Shown here piece after piece: positions 23,656 through 33,626 of a stretch of 64,000 nucleotides of DNA. Below the pieces are notes generated by a model. It did no database searches. It was not told the origin of the DNA and saw only the letters and a program-made list of their open reading frames with translations. The first letter of the stretch is position 1; each line of letters opens with the position of its first letter. A program made the translations under genes and the position numbers. This stretch comes from Acidobacteria bacterium RIFCSPLOWO2_12_FULL_68_19 (GTDB lineage: Bacteria; Acidobacteriota; Vicinamibacteria; Vicinamibacterales; UBA2999). The DNA is taken from positions 41,277 to 105,276 of the forward strand of contig MELF01000045.1 of the NCBI GenBank assembly GCA_001767525.1, written 5' to 3'.

Positions 23656-26348
23656 TTCGCGTGCGGACGGCCGGCGGCGCGCGCATCGGCCTCCTGGCTC
23701 TGGCGATTGTCGCCGCCGCCGCGTCGGCATCGGCGCAGCGCATCACAGGCGACCTCTCGGGAAGCGTCCGCGACCCGCTCGGCGCGCCCCTGGCCGACGT
23801 GCGGGTGTCGGCGCGCAACGTCGATACCGGCGTCGAGCGAGTCGTCGTCACCGGATCTGACGGTCGGTTCCTGATCGTCGGGTTGCCCGACGCCGGGGCG
23901 TACGACGTGCGAGCCGAGGCAACCGGCTTCGCACCGGCCGTACACCACGCGGTGGCGGTGGACGCCGGGACGAGGGTGACGGTCGAGTTCGTGCTCACGG
24001 TTTCGGCCGGGACGACCGTGGTCGTCAGCGCCCCGATCGAGCGTCCGGAGCCAGGGGCGCGGCAGGAGGTGAGTGACACGCTCGTGCACGGCTTGCCGCT
24101 GTTCGGGCGCGACTTCCTGCCGCTGACGTCGCTCGCCGCCGGCTTCACCGGCCACTCCGACTTTCCGAGCCCGCAAGGACAGATCTACTGGACCCACAAC
24201 GTACTGGTCGACGGTGCCAGCCACTTCTCGAAGTGGCGCGGGGCGCCCCGGGCGTTCTCGTCGGGCTACGCGCTGGAGTCGATCGACAGGATTCAGGTCC
24301 TCACCAACGTCTTCTCCGCGGAGTACGGCGACGCGCTCGCTTCGGTCACCAGCCTGGTCACCAGGGCCGGGACCAACGAGTGGCGCGGCGGAGCGCTGCT
24401 GTTCGTTCACGACGACGCGCTGGCGGCGCGGCCGGTCTTCGCGCCGCGCAAGCCGCCGTCCGGTGCGCAGCAGTATGGAGTGTCGCTCGGGGGGCCGGTC
24501 ATCAGGGACCGGGCGCACGTGTGGGTGAGCTACGAAGGGCGGCGCTCGCGCGGCCACAACGTCGTCATCTCGCCGGCCGCCCCAGGGGCTCTCGTGCCGG
24601 ACGACCGCGACGAGCACCTGCTGTTCGCCCGAATCGACCATCAGCGCGGCGCTCGCCGTGTGATGACCGCGCGCTACAGCGGACAGCTCTTCGATTGGAG
24701 TCGCGAACCTGGCGGGCTCGTGCTGCCGGGGAGCGGCACGCGCTATACGACGGACGTGCACACGCTGCTCGCCACCGATGTGCTCGCGACCTCGGGCGGA
24801 ACGCTGAACGAGCTTCGCCTTCAGGCGTCCAGGTACGTCGACGTGCGGAAGGATCTGTCGCCGTCCGTGTTCGTGTCGCGCGCCGGCTATGCCATCGAGG
24901 GAGGGACGCTCGGGCCGGTCGGCCTCGGGGTCAGCCCGGAGGCCGCGTGGGAAGCGTCCGACCTCGTGTCACGCCACGCCGGTTCGCATGGGCTGAAGGC
25001 GGGGGGTGGGGCGCGGTACGTGCGGGCGCACGCGCGCTCGCTCGGCTACGGACATGGCGCGTATTACTTCGCCGGACCCCCCGATCTCTGGCCCGAGCCG
25101 TTTCTCTTCGTTCAGGCGCTCGGCGGCGCCGGGCGCGCGACGACCAGCGATCCACGAAGCGTCTCCGCCTTCGTGTTCGCGCAGGACGAGTGGAGCATTC
25201 GCCCGCGGCTCACCCTGCACGCCGGCGCGCGGTACGACGTCGAGCGGGTGGCCGACGTCGCCGGCTATGCGCCGCGGGTGGACACGAACAACCTGCAGCC
25301 GCGGCTGGGAGTCGTGTGGGACGTGACCGGCGAGGGTCGGACCGTCGTCCGCGGAGGCGCGGGTGTGTATTCGCAGCAGCACCTCCTGTATCCGATTACG
25401 CGCGTCGAGCTCGAAGGCACTGCAGGCGCTGTCACCGTCACGCTGGCGCCGGAGTCGGCGCTGATGCCGGCGTTTCCCGCTGTCCTGTCCGAACTGCGGC
25501 CGGACGTGCTGCTGCCACCGCGCGACGTGCACCGGGTCGATCCGGCGTTCCGGAATCCGTACTCGATTCAGACGATGATCGGGCTGCAGCAGCGGGTGAC
25601 CGATGTGGTGCTGGCCGTCGATTACGTGCGTCTTCTGGGGCGCGATCTGATGAGCCTGGTTGACGCCAACGCGCCCGCCTCGAACCTGAAGCCGGCGCAG
25701 CGAACCCTCGCCGCAGCGGACGCAACGCGCCCGCTCGCGCCAGAACCGGGCGGGTTCCGGAACATGGTCACGCTCGGCAACCGCGGGCGGAGCTGGTACG
25801 ACGGGCTTCAGGTGAAGGCTGAGCGCTCGGCCGGTGCGTGGCAGACGGTGGCGTCGTATACGTTCTCGCGCGCCGACGACATGGCCAACTACCAGTTGCC
25901 AGAGGACAGCCGCGATCTCGCCTCGGACCGGGGTCCGGCCGCAGCCGACGTCCGCCACAACCTGACGGGCGGCGCCACATGGGCGCTGCCGCGGCACCCT
26001 CGCGCGCTGTGGGACGGGTGGGCGCTGTCGACGATTGGCGTGTTTCGCAGCGGCCGGCCGTACACCGTCACGTGGGGCGACGACCGGAACGGCACGTCCC
26101 AGCGGGATGCGCGCCCTGGCGGACGCAACTCCGCGCGTACGTCGCCTTACCGCAGCCTCGACGTGGCAGTGTCCAAACGGCTCGCCTTCGGCCGCGCCGG
26201 TCTGGAGAGCCGGCTCGAGGCGTTCAACGTCTTCAACGCCACCAACTACGACCAGTACGTCGGGCAACTCCTTTCGCCGTTCTTCGCCAGACCGCAATCC
26301 GCGTTTCCGCGGCGGCGTCTCCAATTGGCCGCCGTTCTCAGGTTTTGA
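23652..26348 (+). CDS. TonB-dependent-receptor-like outer-membrane barrel with carboxypeptidase-regulatory-like domain
   Basis: 898 aa with a signal peptide. ITGDLSGSVRDPLGAPLADVRVSARNVDTGVERVVVTGSDGRFLIVGLP (CarboxypepD_reg). The barrel ends ...LQLAAVLRF. Confidence 0.8.
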   Translation: MIRVRTAGGARIGLLALAIVAAAASASAQRITGDLSGSVRDPLGAPLADVRVSARNVDTGVERVVVTGSDGRFLIVGLPDAGAYDVRAEATGFAPAVHHAVAVDAGTRVTVEFVLTVSAGTTVVVSAPIERPEPGARQEVSDTLVHGLPLFGRDFLPLTSLAAGFTGHSDFPSPQGQIYWTHNVLVDGASHFSKWRGAPRAFSSGYALESIDRIQVLTNVFSAEYGDALASVTSLVTRAGTNEWRGGALLFVHDDALAARPVFAPRKPPSGAQQYGVSLGGPVIRDRAHVWVSYEGRRSRGHNVVISPAAPGALVPDDRDEHLLFARIDHQRGARRVMTARYSGQLFDWSREPGGLVLPGSGTRYTTDVHTLLATDVLATSGGTLNELRLQASRYVDVRKDLSPSVFVSRAGYAIEGGTLGPVGLGVSPEAAWEASDLVSRHAGSHGLKAGGGARYVRAHARSLGYGHGAYYFAGPPDLWPEPFLFVQALGGAGRATTSDPRSVSAFVFAQDEWSIRPRLTLHAGARYDVERVADVAGYAPRVDTNNLQPRLGVVWDVTGEGRTVVRGGAGVYSQQHLLYPITRVELEGTAGAVTVTLAPESALMPAFPAVLSELRPDVLLPPRDVHRVDPAFRNPYSIQTMIGLQQRVTDVVLAVDYVRLLGRDLMSLVDANAPASNLKPAQRTLAAADATRPLAPEPGGFRNMVTLGNRGRSWYDGLQVKAERSAGAWQTVASYTFSRADDMANYQLPEDSRDLASDRGPAAADVRHNLTGGATWALPRHPRALWDGWALSTIGVFRSGRPYTVTWGDDRNGTSQRDARPGGRNSARTSPYRSLDVAVSKRLAFGRAGLESRLEAFNVFNATNYDQYVGQLLSPFFARPQSAFPRRRLQLAAVLRF

Positions 26349-27253
26349 CCGTGGCACGGATCGCAGGGATCGTCGTCTGCCTCATCTGCGTGCAGTGTGG
26401 CGGCGGTCCCACGGCACCGAGCGGTCCCGACGAGGTGCTGCCGCCAATTCCACCGACGATCCCGACGCCGGTGCTGCCGGCAGGCTTGCAGACGTTCGTC
26501 GGCGCCGGCGACATCGCCATGTGCGACCTGAACTCGGAAGCCACCGCGCGGCTGCTGGACGGCATCGGCGGCACGGTGTTCACGCTCGGCGACAATGCGT
26601 ACTTTCACGGCACGCGCGAGGAGTTCCGCGACTGCTACGGGCCGACATGGGGGCGACACCGAAGCCGGACGCGCCCCGTGCCGGGCAACCACGAGTACGA
26701 GTCGCCGGGCGCGCAGCCATACTTCGAATATTTCGGTACGAACGCCGGGCCGCCGGGCCTGGGGTACTACAGCTTCGAGATCGGCAGCTGGCACGCCGTG
26801 GCGCTCAACAGCAACATCGAGGCGGGCAGCGGCTCGGCGCAGGCGGCGTGGCTCCGCGGCGACCTCGCCCGCAGCCAGGCGCGCTGCACGATCGCGTACT
26901 GGCATCACACGCTCTTCTCATCTGGTCCGAGCGGCGGATCGGCGCAGATGCGGGAGGTCTGGCGCATCCTCTACGAGGGGGGCGCTGACGTGGTGTTGTC
27001 AGGGCACGATCATATGTACGAACGGTTTGCGCCCCAGGATCCCGACGGCGGCGCGGACCCAGCGCGCGGACTGCGGCAGTTCATCGTCGGCACCGGAGGC
27101 GCCGTGCTGTACCAGTTCGGGAGTGCGCGGCCGAACAGCGAGGTTCGCCGCGCCGTGTTCGGCGTCCTGCGGCTCACCCTCGGCGACGGCTACGAATGGG
27201 AGTTCGTCTCGGTCTCCGGGCCGTTGGACGCGGGGGCCGGCGTCTGCCACTGA
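26345..27253 (+). CDS. metallophosphoesterase (calcineurin-like), probable lipoprotein
   Basis: The TTG/GTG start overlaps the previous stop. Lipobox-like IVVCLICVQCGGG. Motifs GDIAMC, GDNAY, GNHEY and GHDHMYER. Confidence 0.8.
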   Translation: MTVARIAGIVVCLICVQCGGGPTAPSGPDEVLPPIPPTIPTPVLPAGLQTFVGAGDIAMCDLNSEATARLLDGIGGTVFTLGDNAYFHGTREEFRDCYGPTWGRHRSRTRPVPGNHEYESPGAQPYFEYFGTNAGPPGLGYYSFEIGSWHAVALNSNIEAGSGSAQAAWLRGDLARSQARCTIAYWHHTLFSSGPSGGSAQMREVWRILYEGGADVVLSGHDHMYERFAPQDPDGGADPARGLRQFIVGTGGAVLYQFGSARPNSEVRRAVFGVLRLTLGDGYEWEFVSVSGPLDAGAGVCH

Positions 27254-28426
27254 TCCGATCTCCCGCACGAACCTCCGCACGATCGCGGCACGATGCCTGG
27301 CGAACTCCACGACGTCGGCCACCGCCTCTTCGAACTGCTCGTTCGAGTACGGCTTCAGGGGATCCTCGACCGCGGCGTCGTGGATCTGCTGGACGGCGCG
27401 GAGCGCCTCGCCTTCGAGATCGGCGGCAGCGGAGGCTGCCTCGAGCAGCGCCGCCAGGTAGTCGGCGCGAAGCCGGCGGTCGTTCCACAGCTTGCGGCCG
27501 AGCACGTTGTCCTCGACGTTGTGCCAGGGCGGCATGTGGAGCCACGCAAACGTCGTGTCCTTGTCCCACGGCAGCACGTGGAAGGGACCGCCGTCGGCGG
27601 ATCGGTGGAGGTAGAAGTTGCTGAGTCCCGCGTAGCCGAGCAGCCCGTCCCAGTCGGCCAAGTAGTTCTCGACGGCCAGCTGCGTTACCAGCATGCGCAG
27701 GTCGAGGTGGGGCGCCAGGGCGGCCTCGAGTTCGCCCTCGTCCGCCTCGTTGATCGCCTGCACCAGGTCCCGAATCGGCGCATACAGCGAGAACATCGAT
27801 TCGCGCACCCGGGTGCGCGGCTCGAACCGGTACGCGTACGGCTCCAGCTCCGGTCCGAGATCCTCGAACCGGTATTCGTCCTTCCACCGGTATTCGTACA
27901 GGTACCCGTCGCCACGTCCGAACTGCCGACGGGCGAACGTCTCGTCGATCTCCTCGACCAGCGCGTAGAGGCCGATGTAGGTGCGGTCGCTGCCGATGTA
28001 CAGCCTCACGTACGTCGTGCGCGGGGCCGGCACTTCGAGGTGATCGAACAGCCGCATCGCCAGCCGTTCCTTCAGCATCGACCCGTCCTGCCAGAGATTG
28101 TCGAGGACGGCCCCCTCGAGGCCGAGCAGCTCCTGCGCCGCGACATAGTGGTTGAAGTCGAGACGGAGCCCCGGCTTGACGCCGTTGCGCGTGCCGGTGC
28201 CACGCGACCGGCAGCCGGCGTTTCGCACCTTGAGCCCGCGCCATTCGACGTCGCAGGGATAGAACGTGTTCTCCATGTACGTGGCGCGGAGCTGCGCCCA
28301 GTCGCGGGCGTTCATGTGAATCCAGATGTCGTGGAGCTCGCGGTCATCGAACAGGTCGTCCGCCGTGAGCGCCTCGACCGGCGCCGCCAGCGCAGCCGCG
28401 ACGAGGACGGCGACGAGGGCGGTCAC
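26999..28426 (-). CDS. CotH kinase-family protein
   Basis: 475-aa ORF with a GTG start in GTGA overlap with the porin stop. Signal peptide, then ...YPCDVEWRGLKVRNAGCRSRGTGTR...LDFNHY...GYLYEYRW..., typical of CotH. The last ~90 codons are non-homologous read-through overlapping the convergent gene. Confidence 0.8.
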   Translation of the reverse strand: MTALVAVLVAAALAAPVEALTADDLFDDRELHDIWIHMNARDWAQLRATYMENTFYPCDVEWRGLKVRNAGCRSRGTGTRNGVKPGLRLDFNHYVAAQELLGLEGAVLDNLWQDGSMLKERLAMRLFDHLEVPAPRTTYVRLYIGSDRTYIGLYALVEEIDETFARRQFGRGDGYLYEYRWKDEYRFEDLGPELEPYAYRFEPRTRVRESMFSLYAPIRDLVQAINEADEGELEAALAPHLDLRMLVTQLAVENYLADWDGLLGYAGLSNFYLHRSADGGPFHVLPWDKDTTFAWLHMPPWHNVEDNVLGRKLWNDRRLRADYLAALLEAASAAADLEGEALRAVQQIHDAAVEDPLKPYSNEQFEEAVADVVEFARHRAAIVRRFVREIGSVADAGPRVQRPGDRDELPFVAVAEGEPQDAEHGAANLAVRPRTPELVQHGASGADDELPQSARWVRAAVGILGRKPFVHMIVP

Positions 28427-29697
28427 AGGGCGAACTGCACTCGCAGCCTCTGGTTCCAGGCGCGCCGCGCATCGACGGCGGCGCCGTCCTCGCGCCGCCA
28501 GTCGCGGGTGGTGTGCGCCTGCACCTTCAGGAAACGACTCAGATACCAGTTCACGCCGAGCGTCGCGGCGCGGTCGCCGACGGCGACGAGTGTGTCGCCT
28601 CGCGCGCTGCGCGTCGGTACGCCGCCGGCACCGCGGCTCGACAGCGCGAGATCCTCGAGCCGCGCCGCCAGCTCGATGGCGCCGATGCCTCCTCGCAGCA
28701 CGGACCGCGCCGGGCGAACGCGGTCGGTCTTCCTCTCACCGGTCGCGAGCCACGTTCCACGGACGTACCAGCCGCGCGCCACGATGTCCGGAAGGCGCTC
28801 GTCGTCGGTGCTCTGTCCGCGGCGCTCGTCGACGACGCGCATGATCTCGCCGCCGAGCGCCAGCGGTCCCGCGCGCCAGTCGATCTCGGCGCCGTAGCGG
28901 CGCCGCAGCCCCTGGACGGCGACTTCGGGGAAGAGCGGCGCGTCCGCCGCGGTATGGCCGCGCACGCTGTAGTAGCCCTCCGGCACGCCTCCTGCGGTGA
29001 GGGCGGCGCCGATGGCGAGAGCGCGCAGCGGTCCCGCCTCGACGCGCTCGCTCCAGGGCCGGTAGAGGAGACGGCCTGCGACCACGGCGCCGTGCCGCGG
29101 GTCGCGCCGCTCGGCCGGGCGGACGTTGTCGCCGCCGGCGCGGAAGACGCCGGTCTGGAACCGCACGCGACGCGCGAACAGCCGTCCGTGCGCCATGGCG
29201 CCGATATCGCGCCCCGGCGCGAGATACTGGGCCCCGAGCGAGCGCGCGACGAAGTCGAGCTCGGCGGCGGGTGTCAGTTGATCGAGGCTGAACGGGATCT
29301 TGAACCGTCCCACGCGAGCCTCGATCGCGCGCCCGAACGGCGCGTTCACGAAGGCGTCCCGCCAGGGCCGATCGGCCTCGCGGAAATCGTGCTCCACCTC
29401 GTACTCGACGCGGGCGAACAGCGCGCCCGTGATGCCGATGCGCGCACGCCGGAGGTCGACGCGAGACGATTCGGGATGTCCCTGGACGTCGCGCCAGTCA
29501 AGCGACGCGATGACGTGGATCTCGGCCCGCACCTGGCCCGCCTCGACTTCGACCTGGGCCGCCGCCGTCACGGGCGCCAGCGCGATGATCGCGCCAAGCA
29601 GTCGCCCGCGGTGAATCTTTCGCAAGCCGCACGAAATTTCTGGCGCACGCCGGCACGCCGCGGCAGTCCGCGGACCCGGTGCGGGGCGGTCGGTCAT
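28423..29697 (-). CDS. phosphate-selective porin O/P-like outer-membrane protein
   Basis: VDLRRARIGITG...VEYEVEHDF...RDAFVN...GRFKIPFSLDQLT ... ends RLRVQFAL. The start is uncertain; a signal-like LLGAIIALAPVTAAAQ lies ~30 codons in. Confidence 0.7.
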   Translation of the reverse strand: MTDRPAPGPRTAAACRRAPEISCGLRKIHRGRLLGAIIALAPVTAAAQVEVEAGQVRAEIHVIASLDWRDVQGHPESSRVDLRRARIGITGALFARVEYEVEHDFREADRPWRDAFVNAPFGRAIEARVGRFKIPFSLDQLTPAAELDFVARSLGAQYLAPGRDIGAMAHGRLFARRVRFQTGVFRAGGDNVRPAERRDPRHGAVVAGRLLYRPWSERVEAGPLRALAIGAALTAGGVPEGYYSVRGHTAADAPLFPEVAVQGLRRRYGAEIDWRAGPLALGGEIMRVVDERRGQSTDDERLPDIVARGWYVRGTWLATGERKTDRVRPARSVLRGGIGAIELAARLEDLALSSRGAGGVPTRSARGDTLVAVGDRAATLGVNWYLSRFLKVQAHTTRDWRREDGAAVDARRAWNQRLRVQFAL

Positions 29698-29784
29698 CGG
29701 CTGTCTCGTCGCACGTCCACATGAACTGCAAGAAGCGGGACGCGGCCAGCGCCTTGCAACACGGAGCCGCAGCGGAACATCGCC

Positions 29785-31665
29785 GTGCGGACCGACTCAC
29801 CAGCCCTCCTTGTCGGGTTCGACCCGACGCTTGCCGATCTCGGGCGGGAGCTGGGTACGATTCAGTTCGAGATGCTGGCGGCCGAGCGTCATCTCGGCGG
29901 CCGGTGGGGCGGCCTCCCCGAGGAACGCCTCCCGAGCGCCCGCAACCTGCTGCACTACCTGGCGATGCGGCGGCGCGATCTGCGCGGCCTCCAGGAGCGG
30001 CTCGCCTCGCGCGGCCTCTCGTCGCTCGGGCGGGCCGAATCGCACGCGCTGGCCAGCGTCTCGGCCGTGCTTACCCTCGTGCGGTACCTCGGTGGGGAGG
30101 GTCCCAACGTGTGGGCGCCGGATCGGGCTACGGCCGGTTTCGCCGCCGGACGCGAGCTGCTCGACGCGCACACGCGGGTGCTGCTGGGGCCGCCGCCGGA
30201 GAGACGCGACGTCCGCATCATGGTGACCATGCCGAGCGAGGCCGCCGACAGCGGCGACCTCGTGCGCGAGCTGCTCGTGTCGGGGATGGACTGCATGCGC
30301 ATCAACGCCGCGCACGACGATGCGGTCGCGTGGGATCGGATGCTGCGCCACCTCGACCACGCGCGTGCGGCGACCGGCCGGGCGTGCCGAGTGCTGATGG
30401 ACGTCGCCGGCCCGAAGCTGCGTACCGGCGCGATTCAGCCTGCGTCACCCGTCGTCCGGTGGCGGCCCGGGCGCGACGGGTACGGCCGTGTGCTCGAGCC
30501 CGCACGCGTATGGCTCACCCCGGAGGACCAGCCGCAGCCGTCGCCGGAGCCGGCAGCCGCCGTGCTCCCTGTGGCCGGCGAGTGGCTGGCCGCGCTGGAG
30601 ATTGGAGACACGGTCAAGCTGTTCGACGCGCGCGATTCGATGCGGGAGATCACCGTGGTCGACCGAGGTCCCGGCGGCGTGTGGGCCGAGTCGCAGCAAA
30701 CCGCGTACATCGTTCCCGGTACCCGTCTGCACCTGACCCGTCGTCGCGGGCGTGGGACGGCGGAGGTCGGGGCGCTCCCGCCGGTCCCGCAGAGCATTCG
30801 TGTGGTGGCGGGAGACGCGCTCTTCCTCACGCGCGGGCCCGCGCCGGGCACACCCGCCATCCGGAACAGGCATGGCGAGCTCATCGAGCCGGCCGCCATC
30901 GGCCTCACCCTGCCGGAGATCTTCGACGACGTCCGGGCGGGCGAGCCGATCTGGTTCGACGACGGGCGCATCGGCGGCGTGATTCGCGCGGTCGATCCGA
31001 GCCGCATCGAGGTGGCGATCACGCGCACGAAGCCGGGCGGGGCGAAGCTCGGCGCCGACAAGGGCGTGAACCTGCCCGAGAGCACGCTCCGGCTGCCGGC
31101 GCTGACGCAGAAGGACCGGGAAGACCTGGCGTTCATCGACGGCCGCATCGACCTGGTCGGCTATTCCTTCGTGCGCACCGAGTCCGACGTCGAGGAGCTG
31201 CAGTCGTACCTCGCGGCCGTGGGCGGGGAACACCTGGGCGTCGTCCTCAAGATCGAAACGCGCCGGGCGTTCGAGCGTCTGCCGGGGCTGCTGCTGGCGG
31301 CGATGCGAAGCCCTTCGTCAGGAGTGATGATTGCGCGCGGCGATCTGGCCGTCGAGTGCGGCTACGAGCGGCTTGCCGAGGTCCAGGAGGAAATCCTCTG
31401 GATGGCCGAGGCGTCGCACACACCGGTCATCTGGGCGACGCAGGTGCTGGAAACCCTCGCCAAGGACGGCATCCCGTCGCGCGCCGAGATCACCGATGCG
31501 GCCATGTCCGAGCGCGCCGAGTGCGTGATGCTGAACAAGGGCCCGTATGTCGTCGACGCCGTACGCGCGCTCAACGACATCCTGACGCGCATGCAGGCGC
31601 ATCAGCACAAGAAGAGCGCGATGCTCCGCGAGTTGAGCCTCGCCGGCCGGTTCCTCGACGGATGA
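29785..31665 (+). CDS. pyruvate kinase-family protein with ~170-aa N-terminal extension
   Basis: 626 aa. IMVTMPSEAA...GMDCMRINAAHD...DVAGPKLRTG...GVNLPES...KIETRRAF...GVMIARGDLAVE...ATQVLETL...PSRAEITDAA matches the PK barrel motifs. Confidence 0.8.
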   Translation: MRTDSPALLVGFDPTLADLGRELGTIQFEMLAAERHLGGRWGGLPEERLPSARNLLHYLAMRRRDLRGLQERLASRGLSSLGRAESHALASVSAVLTLVRYLGGEGPNVWAPDRATAGFAAGRELLDAHTRVLLGPPPERRDVRIMVTMPSEAADSGDLVRELLVSGMDCMRINAAHDDAVAWDRMLRHLDHARAATGRACRVLMDVAGPKLRTGAIQPASPVVRWRPGRDGYGRVLEPARVWLTPEDQPQPSPEPAAAVLPVAGEWLAALEIGDTVKLFDARDSMREITVVDRGPGGVWAESQQTAYIVPGTRLHLTRRRGRGTAEVGALPPVPQSIRVVAGDALFLTRGPAPGTPAIRNRHGELIEPAAIGLTLPEIFDDVRAGEPIWFDDGRIGGVIRAVDPSRIEVAITRTKPGGAKLGADKGVNLPESTLRLPALTQKDREDLAFIDGRIDLVGYSFVRTESDVEELQSYLAAVGGEHLGVVLKIETRRAFERLPGLLLAAMRSPSSGVMIARGDLAVECGYERLAEVQEEILWMAEASHTPVIWATQVLETLAKDGIPSRAEITDAAMSERAECVMLNKGPYVVDAVRALNDILTRMQAHQHKKSAMLRELSLAGRFLDG

Positions 31666-32331
31666 CTAGGAACGCAGCGTTTCGTACTTCTTGATCTCCC
31701 ACTCGACCTCCGTTCCGTCCTGACCGTCGAGGCGGCGGATCAGCCTCGTCAGGCCGCGGATCTTCTGGCGGAACGGCACGGTCACCTCGTAGACGAGCTC
31801 CGTCGCGGACGACCGGCGGAGCTCGTAGGTCACGCCCTTTTGCGCGAGTGCGTGCTCGATGTCGGCGCGCAGATGCCCGGCGTGCTTGGTGGAGATCTTG
31901 AGGTTGAAGCGCGAGCGCGCCGGGGGCTCGAACGACTCGAGCAGCCAGAGCACCGCGATCACGAAGCCGCACGCGACGAACGCGAACAGGAACATGCCGG
32001 CGCCGGCCGTGAGGCCGAGGGCAAGTGCGATGAGCATTACGCCGGCATCCTTCACGTCCTCGACGCGCGCCCGGTAGCGCACGAGCCCCGCCGCGCCCAC
32101 GATGGCGAACGCCCGCGCGAGGCTGTCGGCGACGACGACGATGATGATGGCGCCGACGATGGCGAGCAGGATCTGCGCCTGTACGACGTGCGCGGACCGG
32201 GGCACGATCTCGCGCCGGACGGGACGAACGAGGCCGAGTGCAGCGCCGAGCAGTGCGGCCACGCCGAGCACTGCCAGCGCCGAGCCGATCGACGGCAATT
32301 GCGCGATGAGCGGCGACAGCGCGTCTCTCAT
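31666..32331 (-). CDS. DUF4956-domain membrane protein
   Basis: ATG 32331, 221 aa. Hallmark AFAIVGAAGLVRYRARVEDVKDAGVMLIALALGLTAGAG plus a soluble C-terminal domain. Confidence 0.65.
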   Translation of the reverse strand: MRDALSPLIAQLPSIGSALAVLGVAALLGAALGLVRPVRREIVPRSAHVVQAQILLAIVGAIIIVVVADSLARAFAIVGAAGLVRYRARVEDVKDAGVMLIALALGLTAGAGMFLFAFVACGFVIAVLWLLESFEPPARSRFNLKISTKHAGHLRADIEHALAQKGVTYELRRSSATELVYEVTVPFRQKIRGLTRLIRRLDGQDGTEVEWEIKKYETLRS

Positions 32332-32537
32332 GCCGTGCCTTTCCACGGATGCGCAGGGCATCATGCGTGCCAGCAGCCGTCCCCGGGTGACGCGCCGGTG
32401 GGATCGTCTCGCGGCGAGCGCGGCGCCAGTGCGCGCGGGTGCATTTTTCACGGGAGCGCTGAAAAGTTCGTCCCGTTCAGCCGTCGTTTTCGTCTCCTGC
32501 TCCCTTCCACGCGCTAGACTCTTGACGTGGGCAGGGC

Positions 32538-33569
32538 ATGCGGACTCCACTCGTGAGGCTCGCGGCGGCCGGAGCGGCGCTCGCGTGGAGTCTCACCGGT
32601 ACCGGGGCGGCGACCTCGGCGCCGGACCCGTTCGCCTTTCTCCCGCGGGACGTCGAGTTGAGCGGCGTCGACCGCGACAGGCTCGACGCCGGCAGGACCG
32701 TGATTCGGGTGCTCCCCGGCCGCGACCGCGAACTCGCGGTCGTGGCGGCGGTGCGCACCGACGCGCCGCCCGAGCGGCTGCTCGCGTGGACGAGCCGGAT
32801 TGCGCCGCTGCTGCAGAGCCGGTACGTCCCGATCGTCACGCGGTTCTCGAGTCCGCCGCGCATCGAAGACCTCTCCGCGCTGGCGCTCGACGAGGAGGAC
32901 CTGAACGATCTGCGGCGCTGCCGGCCGGGGGACTGCGGCGTCAAGCTGAGCGCCGGCGAGATCGACCGCCTGCAGCAGCGCATGACCGGGCGGGCCGACT
33001 GGAAGAGGGAAGCGCAGCAGGAGTTTCGCCGCATCGTGCTCGCGCGCGCCGAGACCTACCTGAGCGACGGGGATCTCGGACTGCCGCCGTACAACGATCA
33101 CCGCGTCCCCGTTGCCGCCGACGTTGAATTCGCCTCGCTCGTCGCTCGGCTCGACCTGCGGCGCCCGGGCTTCGCGGAATACCTCCAGGCCTACCCCCGC
33201 GCCGAACACCCGGACGTCCTCGAGTCGTTCCTGTACTGGTCCAGGGAAACGCTCGGCGGCGGCAAACCGGTCGTCACGGTCACGCACGTGACGCTCGTCG
33301 GCGGCGACGACTCGACCTCGGTCCAGGCGCTGGTCGTGTCCAAGCAGGTCTTCGCCTCCCACTACAAGACGAGCGCGGTGTCGATGACGGCAATCGCCGG
33401 GTCGGGAGAGGCCCGGTATCTCGTCTACCTGCATCGGTCGCACGTCGACGTGCTGCAAGGCTTCTTTGCGGGATTGGTGCGTCGCATCGTCGAAGGACGC
33501 ATCCGCGACGAAGCTCCTGCCGTGCTCAACGCGCTTCGGAGCCGCCTCGAGCATGGCGATCCGCCCTAG
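32538..33569 (+). CDS. secreted hypothetical protein
   Basis: 343 aa with a signal peptide (AAAGAALAWSLTGTGAA). No family recognised. Confidence 0.5.
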   Translation: MRTPLVRLAAAGAALAWSLTGTGAATSAPDPFAFLPRDVELSGVDRDRLDAGRTVIRVLPGRDRELAVVAAVRTDAPPERLLAWTSRIAPLLQSRYVPIVTRFSSPPRIEDLSALALDEEDLNDLRRCRPGDCGVKLSAGEIDRLQQRMTGRADWKREAQQEFRRIVLARAETYLSDGDLGLPPYNDHRVPVAADVEFASLVARLDLRRPGFAEYLQAYPRAEHPDVLESFLYWSRETLGGGKPVVTVTHVTLVGGDDSTSVQALVVSKQVFASHYKTSAVSMTAIAGSGEARYLVYLHRSHVDVLQGFFAGLVRRIVEGRIRDEAPAVLNALRSRLEHGDPP

Positions 33570-33626
33570 GCAAGGCCTGCCAGGCTTTCGCTGGGAAATA
33601 TTCCGCGGTAAGCTAAGGTCCTCACC

